DNA of 64,000 bases, taken from positions 1,408,001 through 1,472,000 of the forward strand of contig CAVUDP010000001.1 in the NCBI GenBank assembly GCA_963740315.1, read 5' to 3'. The position numbers and the translations under genes were made by a program. The stretch's first letter is position 1; every line of letters begins with the position of its first letter. The notes under the pieces are model-generated. The model worked only from the letters and a program-made list of their open reading frames with translations, made no database searches and had not been told where the DNA came from. This DNA is from an uncultured cyanobacterium (lineage in GTDB: Bacteria > Cyanobacteriota > Cyanobacteriia > Cyanobacteriales > Nostocaceae). Positions 20,601-29,688 of this stretch are shown here, piece after piece.

Positions 20601-22355
20601 GTTATTACTATCCCAATTGCTGGTGACGATACTACAGTTATTGAAGGAAACTCTGGTACTACATCAACGCTAACTTTGAACCTTAATCGCTTCGGCGGTT
20701 TACTCGGAAGCGACACGGTAGAAATTGAAATTATTGCTGCTGGTGATAATCCTGCTCAAGCCTCCGATTTCGTTGGTGGTTTTTCTTCTCAACAAGTTAC
20801 TTTTGCACCTGATGAAGATACAAAAACAATTGATATTTCTATCAATCCAGATCAACAAATAGAGGGTGATGAGACATTCGGAGTTAGGCTCACAAGCGTA
20901 TCTGGATCGGCATTAGTTCCTAGTGAAGAACTGATATTTACAATACTTGACGATGACGAACAAATCATTGCGGGAAATACTCTCAACGACGCACTTCAAA
21001 TTACCTTAAATGGGAATGGCACCACACAGACATTTACGGATTCGGTGGGCAGCACCGATACCAACGACTACTATAGCTTCACTCTTGGTAGTAGTAGCGA
21101 TTTTAATCTTGAACTAAATGGCTTATCGGATGATGCTGACGTACAGTTACTTGACAGTAGTGGTGAGGTAATTGTTAGTCCAGAAAATAGTGGTACTACT
21201 GCTGAATTAATCAACCAAACTTTAGATGCAGGTGATTACTACATCCGGGTTCTTCCTTGGGAAGATGCTACTACCAGTTACAATTTGAATGTGTCGGCAA
21301 CCGCGTTTGATTTTGCAGGAAACACTATCAACGATGCACGTCAAATTAACTTAAATGGGAATGGCACCACGCAAATATTAAAAGATTGGGTAGGTAGTAC
21401 TGATAGCGATGATTATTATAGCTTGACTATTGGTAGTAGTAGCGATTTCAATCTTGAACTAAATGGCTTATCGGATGATGCTGACGTACAGTTACTTGAC
21501 AGTAGTGGTGAGGTAATTGTTAGTCCAGAAAATAGTGGTACTACTGCTGAATTAATCAACCAAACTTTAGATGCAGGTGATTACTACATCCGGGTTCTTC
21601 CTTGGGAAGATGCTACTACCAGTTACAATTTGAATGTGTCGGCAACCGCGTTTGATTTTGCAGGAAACACTATCAACGATGCACGTCAAATTAACTTAAA
21701 TGGGAATGGCACCACGCAAATATTAAAAGATTGGGTAGGTAGTACTGATAGCGATGATTATTATAGCTTGACTATTGGTAGTAGTAGCGATTTTAATCTT
21801 GAATTAAATGGCTTATCGGATGATGCTGACGTACAGTTACTTGACAGTAGTGGTGAGGTAATTGTTAGTCCAGAAAATAGTGGTACTACTGCTGAATTAA
21901 TCAACCAAACTTTAGATGCAGGTGATTACTACATCCGGGTTCTTCCTTGGGAAGATGCTACTACCAGTTACAATTTGAATGTGTCGGCAACCGCGTTTGA
22001 TTTTGCAGGAAACACTATCAACGACGCATATCAAATTAACTTAAATGGGAATGGCACCACACGAACATTTAAAGAATGGGTGGGTAGTACCGATAGCGAT
22101 AATTACTATCGTTTTAGTCTTGGTAGTACAAGTGATTTTAATCTGGAATTAAATGGCTTATCGGATGATGCCAACGTGCGGTTACTTGACAGTAATGGCG
22201 ATACAATTGTCGGTTCTTATAACTACGGTACAACTGCTGAATCAATTAATGGGACTATACTTCCAGGCGATTATTATATCCACGTGAATCAGGCTTGGGG
22301 ATATGACATTGATGCCAGCTATAACTTGAATGTATCGGTGGATGCCTTCAACTAA
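17682..22355 (+). CDS. Trypsin/V8-like serine protease + RTX repeats + vWA + 2 Calx-beta + 4 PPC-like repeats
   Basis: Catalytic triad in VLTAAH, DIAL and GGQSGS; GGADDRLEGGDGVD nonapeptides; DTSGSM MIDAS with FLSDG; DD..VEGNE Calx-beta; DYYSF...AGDYYIRV PPC repeats. RBS ggaga upstream. Confidence 0.88.
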   Translation: MGVIGSDSREIVTSFGTLPISTVTAVDIQYDNTIPNRNRIGSGIVIAPYHVLTAAHNAYNTKNNIRPVSLRTTTSANQNSLNSRNINTPGAGDPNANVTNVNFLASFDQTEANGDDIALFTTSDAPIAASNVIGLMAFVNPETAKGFTIDTAGYPGDNVPNANRGIPGISGNSGLFGRDLVRSPGTAQSPGKIAYTIGKSFFYSPDVDTAGGQSGSGVWHTLEGDDKPRVLGVHAYGPSIDPNISAFFGLKNSGTLVTTDIYDEIMTQIEEDSGTGNANELPENAIIGSDRNVKTFNLPVDGTEFVSISGGNDYIHGSYRKERILGRSGNDRIFGGGADDRLEGGDGVDQALFSDIFTNYEFTITDPSNPAFEFRHTKGSKKDATDKTKDIEFGVFEFEDTDKDGNDDDGKLFYVPLQVDPEDNTKLKDGAIITPEKDIFNKDGEKIGTITVESPAWMFDGDVRYTLNIGSEQGLLYNFAYIIDTSGSMSGTPLAEAKTAYQTLTQSLMNTSVAGNSDRLPVMPNSIAGNSEFAVIPFNSSASLIAPLSASSAISTIDGLSADGGTYFGDALTKAQEFFTSPSRNNSATNIAYFLSDGYGSGASASLQSVAEVRAFGIGGADLSTLNIIDSDNAVLLSDPADLVTEFNTSTIDKNTIERIDVKLGVTVVDTITPEELVENTLGLQYKGTIEDLEVTRTAQNEISFDVVFKDDTPTASLDYKITTGQEEVKQQTNDGEKEVNIFGVNQTDFTGTSEEQSAKQEIIGNDLDNNIEVQNNKNTIFGNGGNDRFKLWGGVNLIDGGEGIDTVEINKTQAQAGGVSKSGNTVNIGTDNTLLNVEFIQFSDVRLAVDTLAVTPTISLANQGILIAESNTGSTTATFTVNLSSTATEDVVIDFTTRSDDAEVGTDFVENTGQLTITAGETSGDITLEILDDTNVEGNETLFLDLSVVSGGTFANGGITETAGVKILDDDSVITIPIAGDDTTVIEGNSGTTSTLTLNLNRFGGLLGSDTVEIEIIAAGDNPAQASDFVGGFSSQQVTFAPDEDTKTIDISINPDQQIEGDETFGVRLTSVSGSALVPSEELIFTILDDDEQIIAGNTLNDALQITLNGNGTTQTFTDSVGSTDTNDYYSFTLGSSSDFNLELNGLSDDADVQLLDSSGEVIVSPENSGTTAELINQTLDAGDYYIRVLPWEDATTSYNLNVSATAFDFAGNTINDARQINLNGNGTTQILKDWVGSTDSDDYYSLTIGSSSDFNLELNGLSDDADVQLLDSSGEVIVSPENSGTTAELINQTLDAGDYYIRVLPWEDATTSYNLNVSATAFDFAGNTINDARQINLNGNGTTQILKDWVGSTDSDDYYSLTIGSSSDFNLELNGLSDDADVQLLDSSGEVIVSPENSGTTAELINQTLDAGDYYIRVLPWEDATTSYNLNVSATAFDFAGNTINDAYQINLNGNGTTRTFKEWVGSTDSDNYYRFSLGSTSDFNLELNGLSDDANVRLLDSNGDTIVGSYNYGTTAESINGTILPGDYYIHVNQAWGYDIDASYNLNVSVDAFN
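20970..22350 (+). repeat. Four tandem 345-bp (115-aa) PPC-like repeats
   Basis: The ggtagta anchor recurs at 21087, 21432, 21777 and 22122. The central copies are almost nucleotide-identical. Confidence 0.9.
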
Positions 22356-22378
22356 GCTTAAACTGGATTTAAAAATAA

Positions 22379-22531
22379 GGTATTGACGAGATTACAGATT
22401 TCTGTGCCACCGACGACAAAATCCACGTCTCTGCTGCTGGCTTTGGTGGCGGACTAACTGAAGGTGATACTATCTCAGAAGACCAGATTCTTATCGGTAG
22501 TAGTTCGGCGAATAATGCTACCCAAAGTTAA
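22379..22531 (+). pseudogene. Orphan RTX-protein C-terminal (T1SS target-like) fragment
   Basis: Translates GIDEITDFCATDDKIHVSAAGFGGGLTEGDTISEDQILIGSSSANNATQS*, the typical tail of cyanobacterial RTX proteins, with no start codon. Confidence 0.7.
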
Positions 22532-22861
22532 TTATTTACACTCAGGAACTAAACGGTTAACTGGGTATTTTTTATTGCCTGCTAATGAAGGCGAACTGTC
22601 TTTTTGCGATCGCCCGATGTTTATTGCAACAGTTAATACTGCATACAAGATTAAGAATTGTTTCAATTTATGCTTTTTTTGATTGTTTGACTGAGAAAAC
22701 ATAGGAGGCGAAATTGATTTATCAAAAAAGTCACCATAAGATCGATTTAATCGTGCGTGTAAACACGATTGTTGATTGTTAAAAAAGTTAATAGTTAAAC
22801 TCTGACTGTACGGTATAAAATATCCAAGTCATCTCTGTAATTTAATTTCATGAACTGAACG

Positions 22862-23371
22862 ATGAATTATCTCAAAACAAATTTAACTGCTCCAACAGCA
22901 ACTTTCGTTTCTCTGATAGCTTTAACCTTATCGATTGGAATGCAACAGGTTAAGGCTCTAGATTCATCTAAAAAAGTATCAACACAAACACCTTCCCCCA
23001 GCCTTCCGTCGTCTTCATCCTTCAAGATTGCTCAATCTAATCCCATTTATGGACAATGGAAGCTGAGATTCAGTAATGCTGGGGTAATCTACGAAAGTGT
23101 TTTGCGTATGAATGGCTACTCAGGTATCATGCTTACCAGATATTATGACGTGAATTATAGACGTTCTGTTATTGTGCAGCAAACAATGAAATTGAGTTCT
23201 TCTGCAAAGGGACTAGTTATATTGGGCTATAATCCTGTTTACGCTGGTACCAAAACTCGTCACCCAACATACAGCCCTGATAACTTCCTCTTTCAAATCA
23301 ACCCAAATGGATCGGTCAGATTTGCAACTTGTGATGATGCGAGAAGATGTTCGCCTGTAGAAATATTCTGA
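22862..23371 (+). CDS. Hypothetical secreted protein
   Basis: 169 aa with a Sec-like signal (…QQVKA), Ser/Pro linker and beta-rich domain. Confidence 0.75.
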   Translation: MNYLKTNLTAPTATFVSLIALTLSIGMQQVKALDSSKKVSTQTPSPSLPSSSSFKIAQSNPIYGQWKLRFSNAGVIYESVLRMNGYSGIMLTRYYDVNYRRSVIVQQTMKLSSSAKGLVILGYNPVYAGTKTRHPTYSPDNFLFQINPNGSVRFATCDDARRCSPVEIF

Positions 23372-23487
23372 TATATTTAGTGGTTTACCACATTAGTTTT
23401 AATTGGTTTGTAGTTGGGATGAACCGCTCTAATAAAGTTATTAAATAAAAGCGCGGGCATCGCAACTATGAGCCTTGAAACCAGTTG

Positions 23488-23889
23488 TCAATTCGGTTGC
23501 TTGGCACGAACTTCAATATCTTCAAGTGTTTGCAGCAAAAGACGCTTAGCTTGCATTTCCCAACCTAATTTTTGAATTTTGATGGCAGCAAAAGTACCAC
23601 CGATCGCAGGTAACAAGCCGATGTATTGATGAAGCGAAATTCCGAGTAACAAACCCAAACCAGCAATTCCCCAAAACGGTAAAGCTACTGTTTGTCGTTG
23701 TTCTTCAATAATTTTATTTAGTTCACCCGACGGCATTTGAGTTAATAATTCTTCTTTCACCTGTCGCAGTTCTGCCATTGGTACAGCTAAACAAATCTTC
23801 CGTCGCAGTTTTTCAATTTTACGGGCATCGGTGCTGTATTCTGTAAGTTCATCAAGAGTCATTGACAACAAACGGTTTAATTGTTCCAC
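23488..23889 (-). CDS. Hypothetical membrane protein
   Basis: 133 aa with a hydrophobic hairpin (ALPFWGIAGLGLLLGIS...IGGTFAA); GTG start. Confidence 0.75.
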   Translation of the reverse strand: MEQLNRLLSMTLDELTEYSTDARKIEKLRRKICLAVPMAELRQVKEELLTQMPSGELNKIIEEQRQTVALPFWGIAGLGLLLGISLHQYIGLLPAIGGTFAAIKIQKLGWEMQAKRLLLQTLEDIEVRAKQPN

Positions 23890-23974
23890 TGTGTGCTTTA
23901 ATTCCCTTGTTTTTTTTTTATAAAAAGCTATTCAATCCACATCTAGGTATATTATCAGTTTACGCGGGTAGAAT

Positions 23975-24003
23975 GCGATCGGCGCAGCGGTGCAGGCGAT
24001 CGC
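23975..24003. repeat. 21-nt insertion inside a HIP1 site (SDR5-like)
   Basis: GCG[ATCGGCGCAGCGGTGCAGGCG]ATCGC. Removing the 21 nt restores GCGATCGC. Confidence 0.65.
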
Positions 24004-24090
24004 ATGTTTGGTAATTTCATGCTCCATTTATGAGTATTACTTAATTGAAATTCTGCAACTATTAGTTTCTAAAATTTAACTTGAATTTAA

Positions 24091-24443
24091 CTAACATCTT
24101 GCACCATTCGAGGGTTAGCCTTGAAACCACCTCGGAATCAATTAGCGAAAGTCTACTGAAGTAGACTAAAAGTCTTGTCCAGTCCTATTTATCTGACATC
24201 TTGCACCATTTTCGTTAAACCTTCATAACCGCCTTGAAATCAATTTCAAGGCTCATATACAAAGTACGTTAAAACGCACTAAAAGCCCTGTTCAGTCTTC
24301 TTTAGAAGACTTTGTATATTAGCCTGAGAATTTATTCTAAGGCGGTTGTTGAGAATGGTGCAAGATGTGAGATTTATAGGACTTTTGCTATGAGACAGGG
24401 GTTTGCAACCCCTGGCGGTGTTGAAAATGGTGCAAGATATCAG
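24091..24443. mobile_element. Outer MITE, 18-bp TIR CTAACATCTTGCACCATT/AATGGTGCAAGATATCAG, TSD ATTTAA
   Basis: TSD at 24085-24090 and 24444-24449. Confidence 0.85.
24193..24371. mobile_element. Inner MITE of the same family, nested in the outer copy, TSD ATTTAT
   Basis: TIR CTGACATCTTGCACCATT/AATGGTGCAAGATGTGAG; TSD at 24187-24192 and 24372-24377. Confidence 0.88.
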
Positions 24444-24447
24444 ATTT

Positions 24448-24479
24448 AATCGACTTCTTCGAGGAGTCGGTTTTTTTTT
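24448..24479 (+). terminator. Hairpin plus T-run
   Basis: cgacttct-tcg-aggagtcg followed by gttttttttt. Confidence 0.5.
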
Positions 24480-24510
24480 GTTTCTACGATCAAAAACACA
24501 GCCTCTATCA

Positions 24511-24573
24511 AATCACCAAAGATTAATCAGAGGATAATCTTTTATTAACTCAGATGGATAGAAATATTAACTA
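24511..24573 (+). promoter_or_regulatory. Pho-box-like array
   Basis: ATTAATCA (24522), GATAATCT (24533), ATTAACTC (24544) and ATTAACTA (24566) on an 11-bp register. Confidence 0.6.
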
Positions 24574-24649
24574 CATTACATATAGGCTAAGAACAAGGCT
24601 ATAATTTCGCCGATTCAGTCAGTAAAAATACATATAAAGGAACATCTAA

Positions 24650-27601
24650 ATGGCGGTTAATTTAACAGGATTCGCATCATTGCCAGCTGATACTTTTGCG
24701 GAAGGTCCTCCAGCAGGTGCCGATATTTCTGCAAATGGGCGCACGGGACCTTTTCCAGGGCAGCCAGTTCAAGGTTTTAGTGGAGTACAGTTTGCACCCG
24801 ATGATAAAGGTTCTTACTGGTTTTTATCGGACAATGGTTTTGGAAATAAAAATAATAGTGCTGATTATCTATTACGGATTTATCAGGTAAATCCCGATTT
24901 TAAGCAAGAAAACGCAGGGGATGGAACTATTGAAGTTGAGAATTTTATCCAGCTTTCCGATCCTAATAATTTGATTCCTTTTGATATTGTTAACGAGGAT
25001 TCTACACAACGATTATTGACTGGTGCTGATTTTGATATTGAATCTTTTGTTATAGCTGATGACGGTTCGATTTGGATCGGCGATGAATTTGGACCGTTTT
25101 TGCTTCACTTTGATTCCACGGGAAAATTGATAGAAGCACCGATCGCAACTCCGAATTTAGCAACTAGCGATGAACCAGAAGTGCGATCGCCACAAAATCC
25201 CGATGTCCTCTTCAACACCTTGGATGGCGAACCACCGTTAGTAATTGCTCACCGTGGTGCTAGTGGAGAATTACCAGAACATACTTTAGCTGCTTATCGT
25301 CGCGCTATTGTTCAAGGTGCTGATTTTATCGAACCGGATTTGGTTATTACTAAAGATGGTATGTTGATTGCACGTCACGAACCGATTTTAGATGACACCA
25401 CTAACGTTGCTGAGGTGTTTGGGGAGGAGCGTAAATCTACTAAAAATCTTGATGGTGAAGAAGTTACGGCTTATTTTGCGGAAGATTTTACTTTAGCTGA
25501 AATCAAGCAGTTGCGAGCGGTACAGCCCCGCGATTTCCGCGATCGATCCTTTAACGGTGAATTTGAAATTCCTACTTTCCAAGAAGTTATCGAACTGGTA
25601 CAGCAAGTAGAAGCGGAAACCGGGGAAAAAGTAGGGATATATCCAGAGACGAAACACCCGACTTTCTTTGACGAGCAAGGGTTATCGTTGGAGGAGCCGT
25701 TAATTGCAACTTTACAGGCAACTGGTTTTACCGATCCAAGTAGAATCTTTATTCAGTCTTTTGAAGTTGCCAATCTGCTCGATTTACAAAATAATCTTCT
25801 TCCCAACGCAGGTTTTGATTTACCTTTGGTGCAGCTTTTCGGTGATGTCGAAGATGATTTTATCAACGAAAACGGTGGGGGTTTCTCGGTACCTTACGAT
25901 ATTGTCGCTAATTTCAGCAATCCCGACTTTGACGCAGCAGACGCGAAAGCTATTTACGGCGATTTTGTTAGTATCGTTCCCGACTTTGGCAAAGATATTA
26001 CGGGTGATGGTATTCCCGATACGACTTATCAAGATTTAGCCACCAAGGAAATCTTTGATTACATCGGTGAAACTTACGCAGAAGGTGTTGGTCCCTGGAA
26101 AAACAGTTTTGTGTTAAGAGAATCTATAGATACTCCCGTTGATGCGAATGGTGATGGTAATGCCGAAATAACTACTCAATTAACCGGAGAAATTCGTCCT
26201 TATGTAGAATGGGCGCACGATGCAGGAATGCAGATTCATCCTTACACTTTGCGAAATGAGGAACGTTATTTAACTTTAAACCCCGATGGTACGGTGCAAA
26301 CTCCGGAAGGTGAATTTAAGCAGTTTATTGAATTGGGTGTAGATGGTTTTTTCACCGATTTCCCCGAATCTGGAAGAATTGCCGTTAACCAAGAAATTGT
26401 TCCTGCCAATCTTGCTTCGTCTCGCGGTTTTGAAGGAATGGCATTTAGTCCCGATCGCAAAACCTTATATCCTTTATTAGAAGGTGCGGTTGAAGGAGAT
26501 CCTGACGACGCTTTACGAATCTACAAGTTTGATGCGACAACCAGCAAGTATACCGGTAAGGTTGGTTTCTATCAAACATCAGTTCCCGGTCATGCGATCG
26601 GTGATTTTACTCCTATCAACGATTCAGAATTTTTAGTTATAGAAAGGGATGGAAAGCAAGGAGATGAAGCCGAATTCAAGAAAATCTTCAAAGTTGATAT
26701 TTCCAACATAGATCAAAACGGCTATGTGGAGAAATCAGAAGTTGTCGATTTATTGAATATACAAGATCCTAACGACCTCAACAACGATGGTAAAACCAGC
26801 TTTGATTTCCCTTTCGTCACCATCGAAGATGTTTTAGTTATCGACGAAAACACGATTTTAGTTGCTAACGACAATAATTATCCCTTTTCTACCGGACGCG
26901 ATGAGGGTATCGATAACAATGAAGTCATCCTCCTAAAGTTAGATAAAGCCTTAGATTTAGATCCGCTTTTAGGTAGAAGTGCTATGGAGAAGGAAGAATC
27001 TAAACTAGTCGCGGGTAGCGGTGGTGAAGATTTATTTATCGCTGGAATTAACTTTAAGGGTGATAATAACAGCCTGTTTGCTGGCTCTGGTAACGATGAA
27101 ATTGATTTAGCCTTTGGTGTAGGTAACAACCGCGTTAATGCTGGAAGTGGCGATGATGTTATCTATGTAAATAGTAAAGATAGAGTTTTCGGTGGAACTG
27201 GTAATGACGAATTCGATGCTACCGATGGAATGGGTGGTAATCGGATGTCTGGTGGTATGGGTGATGATATCTTCTATCTTGGTAAAGGCGATCGCGCTTT
27301 GGGTGGTGAAGGTAACGATAAATTCTTCGTTCAATCCGGTGGTGGGAATATCCTATCAGGTGGTGCAGGTGCAGATCAATTTTGGATTGTTAGCGGAGAG
27401 ATTGCTGAAGCTGCAAATACCATTGTTGATTTTGAAGTTGGTAGTGATGCGATCGGTATTTTGGGTTTGGGAATCGATGCAAATAGTTTAACGCTGACTG
27501 AATTGGATGGTAATACTGAAATTAATTTTGGCAGTCAAACTTTAGCAATGGTTAACGGTGTGACTGGTTTAGATATTGATACCAGCATTGTATTTGCTTG
27601 A
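24650..27601 (+). CDS. Phytase-like/esterase propeller with inserted glycerophosphodiester phosphodiesterase (GDPD) + RTX tail
   Basis: QGFSG, SDNGFG, GDEFGP, RGFEGMA and NDNNYP (propeller); IAHRGASGELPEHT, IEPDLV, ARHE, YPETKHP, IQSFE and DGFFTDFP (GDPD); GGxGxD repeats. Confidence 0.9.
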   Translation: MAVNLTGFASLPADTFAEGPPAGADISANGRTGPFPGQPVQGFSGVQFAPDDKGSYWFLSDNGFGNKNNSADYLLRIYQVNPDFKQENAGDGTIEVENFIQLSDPNNLIPFDIVNEDSTQRLLTGADFDIESFVIADDGSIWIGDEFGPFLLHFDSTGKLIEAPIATPNLATSDEPEVRSPQNPDVLFNTLDGEPPLVIAHRGASGELPEHTLAAYRRAIVQGADFIEPDLVITKDGMLIARHEPILDDTTNVAEVFGEERKSTKNLDGEEVTAYFAEDFTLAEIKQLRAVQPRDFRDRSFNGEFEIPTFQEVIELVQQVEAETGEKVGIYPETKHPTFFDEQGLSLEEPLIATLQATGFTDPSRIFIQSFEVANLLDLQNNLLPNAGFDLPLVQLFGDVEDDFINENGGGFSVPYDIVANFSNPDFDAADAKAIYGDFVSIVPDFGKDITGDGIPDTTYQDLATKEIFDYIGETYAEGVGPWKNSFVLRESIDTPVDANGDGNAEITTQLTGEIRPYVEWAHDAGMQIHPYTLRNEERYLTLNPDGTVQTPEGEFKQFIELGVDGFFTDFPESGRIAVNQEIVPANLASSRGFEGMAFSPDRKTLYPLLEGAVEGDPDDALRIYKFDATTSKYTGKVGFYQTSVPGHAIGDFTPINDSEFLVIERDGKQGDEAEFKKIFKVDISNIDQNGYVEKSEVVDLLNIQDPNDLNNDGKTSFDFPFVTIEDVLVIDENTILVANDNNYPFSTGRDEGIDNNEVILLKLDKALDLDPLLGRSAMEKEESKLVAGSGGEDLFIAGINFKGDNNSLFAGSGNDEIDLAFGVGNNRVNAGSGDDVIYVNSKDRVFGGTGNDEFDATDGMGGNRMSGGMGDDIFYLGKGDRALGGEGNDKFFVQSGGGNILSGGAGADQFWIVSGEIAEAANTIVDFEVGSDAIGILGLGIDANSLTLTELDGNTEINFGSQTLAMVNGVTGLDIDTSIVFA

Positions 27602-27617
27602 TGTTTGATTGAGACTC

Positions 27618-27645
27618 TTGTGGGATGGGCATCCCTGCCCGTCCT
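27618..27645 (+). repeat. REP-like hairpin GGGATGGGCATCCCTGCCCGTCC
   Basis: Identical copy at ~29590-29614 after the next gene, where it is followed by a T-run. Confidence 0.6.
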
Positions 27646-27974
27646 CCATAAGACATGATCTGACAAAAGTAGGCTGAAATTTATCAACTTTTCATACTGA
27701 ATCTTTAGCAGCATTATTTATCAAAACTTTATGAAAAAAGTATGTAGTTTCCCGTATGTATTTCAAGTATAATTTCCTATAGAAAAGCAACAACTAACAT
27801 CATAAGTAGTTAAGCAAATTATTTATATAATTACTACTCAGTTATATAAGCCCTCCCTAGAAGAAATGTTCAATTAATTTTGCACAAGTACTTATTTTTT
27901 GTTTGCTTTGAATTTTTAGGGAAAATATAAGGCTGTTTCATGCACAACTAACGATGAGTCAAGGAAACTAAAAT

Positions 27975-29570
27975 ATGTCGCAGAATTCAAATTTGCCTGT
28001 CAAACAGATTCCCCTAATTTTCGATGATGACGGTAGCCAAGATGGAATGACGGCTTTAGCATATATGCTGGCAAATCCTAAATTTGATGTTCAAGCTATT
28101 ACCATTGTTAATGGAATCGCCCGACCAGAAACCTTTGATGATAATCTTATAAGGATGTTGGGACGTTTGGGAGATACAGATATTCCTGTTGGAGTAGGAC
28201 GTTCAACACCTTTAGAAGGAAACAACGAATTTCCTGACTTTATCCGAGATGGAGCGGATACTTTCTGGTCTCCTTTTATAACCTTACCAGAAGAAGTACC
28301 AGATATTGAGACTAAGCCTGCGGTAGACCTGATAATCGAAACTATCAAAAACTCACCAGAACCAGTAGCAATTCTGGCAACAGGTCCTCTGACAAATATT
28401 GCAGAAGCCTTGCGTCAAGACCCCTCGATTATCGATAACATTTCGATAGTGCAAATCATGGGGGGAGCAGTTTTTGTTCCTGGTAACTTACCCGTACTTC
28501 CCGATCCACCTTTTTCTACCAACGAAACAGCCGAGTTTAATATCTGGCTCGATCCAGTTGCAGCCCAAGAGGTCTTTGATGCAGGTCAAAAAGGGCTGAA
28601 AATTCAAATTACCCCACTTGATGCGACAAATCAAGTTGAGTTTGACCGTCAGGATTATCTGGAATGGTTAGAAACCGGAACCCCAGAAAGCTTAATTGCA
28701 GCAGAATTTTTAGACTTTGCTTTGACGGTGATTCAAAGTGACAATGACCCCAATCCTGTTTGGGATTTAGTTGCAGCTATCAACCTCAGCGAACCGGATT
28801 TTTCACCTGAAACACCATTGTATATTGATGTCGATACCGAATCCGCTCCCGGAGATACTCAAGGACAAACCAAAGCTGTTTCTGGTTTAACTCCAAATGT
28901 CTTAGTTTCCCTAAACCCTAGCTTTGACAACATTGCTTTTGACGCTGAAGAAGTTTTCTCATACCTAGAATTACCAGTTGTTAATAAAATAGTTGGAACC
29001 CCACAAGATGATAATGTAATTGGTACTAATGCTACCGAAACTATCTTTACGGGTGCTGGTAACGATGAGATCGATTTAGCTTTTGGTGGAAGCAACAACC
29101 GGGTTAATGCTGGTAGCGGCGACGATCTAATTTATGTAGGTAATCAAAACCGCGTTTTCGGTAGTGCCGGTAATGACGAATTCGATGCTACCGATGGAAT
29201 GGGTGGTAATCGGATGTCTGGTGGTATGGGTGATGATATCTTCTATCTTGGTAAAGGCGATCGCGCTTTGGGTGGTGAAGGTAACGATAAATTCTTCGTT
29301 CAATCCGGTGGTGGGAATATTATATCTGGCGGTGCGGGTTCCGATCAATTTTGGATTGTTAGCGGAGAGATTCCGGAAGCTGCGAATACCATTGTTGATT
29401 TTGAAGTTGGTAGTGATGCGATCGGTATTTTGGGTTTGGGAATTGATGCCAATGCTTTGACGCTGAATGAAATGGATGGTAACACCGAAGTTGCTTTTAA
29501 TGGTCAAACGTTAGCAATGGTTAATGGTGTGACTGGTTTATATATTGATACCAGCATTGTATTTGCTTGA
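27975..29570 (+). CDS. Nucleoside hydrolase (IU/IAG-NH family) + RTX tail
   Basis: DDDGSQDG, ATGPLTNIA, IMGGA, AEFNIWLDPVAA, PLDAT and WD motifs. RTX tail nearly identical to that of 24650-27601. Confidence 0.9.
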   Translation: MSQNSNLPVKQIPLIFDDDGSQDGMTALAYMLANPKFDVQAITIVNGIARPETFDDNLIRMLGRLGDTDIPVGVGRSTPLEGNNEFPDFIRDGADTFWSPFITLPEEVPDIETKPAVDLIIETIKNSPEPVAILATGPLTNIAEALRQDPSIIDNISIVQIMGGAVFVPGNLPVLPDPPFSTNETAEFNIWLDPVAAQEVFDAGQKGLKIQITPLDATNQVEFDRQDYLEWLETGTPESLIAAEFLDFALTVIQSDNDPNPVWDLVAAINLSEPDFSPETPLYIDVDTESAPGDTQGQTKAVSGLTPNVLVSLNPSFDNIAFDAEEVFSYLELPVVNKIVGTPQDDNVIGTNATETIFTGAGNDEIDLAFGGSNNRVNAGSGDDLIYVGNQNRVFGSAGNDEFDATDGMGGNRMSGGMGDDIFYLGKGDRALGGEGNDKFFVQSGGGNIISGGAGSDQFWIVSGEIPEAANTIVDFEVGSDAIGILGLGIDANALTLNEMDGNTEVAFNGQTLAMVNGVTGLYIDTSIVFA

Positions 29571-29661
29571 TATTTGATAGATACTCTTGTGGGATGGGCA
29601 TCCCTGCCCGTCCTTTTTGCTTGATCTTTTGATAGATAGTTGCGTTGTTCTCGCAATTATG

Positions 29662-29688
29662 GAGACGTAGCAGTGCTACGTCTCTACA
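29662..29688. repeat. REP-like hairpin GAGACGTAGCAGTGCTACGTCTCTACA
   Basis: Also at ~15423-15448 and, degenerate, at ~32591-32618. Confidence 0.7.
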
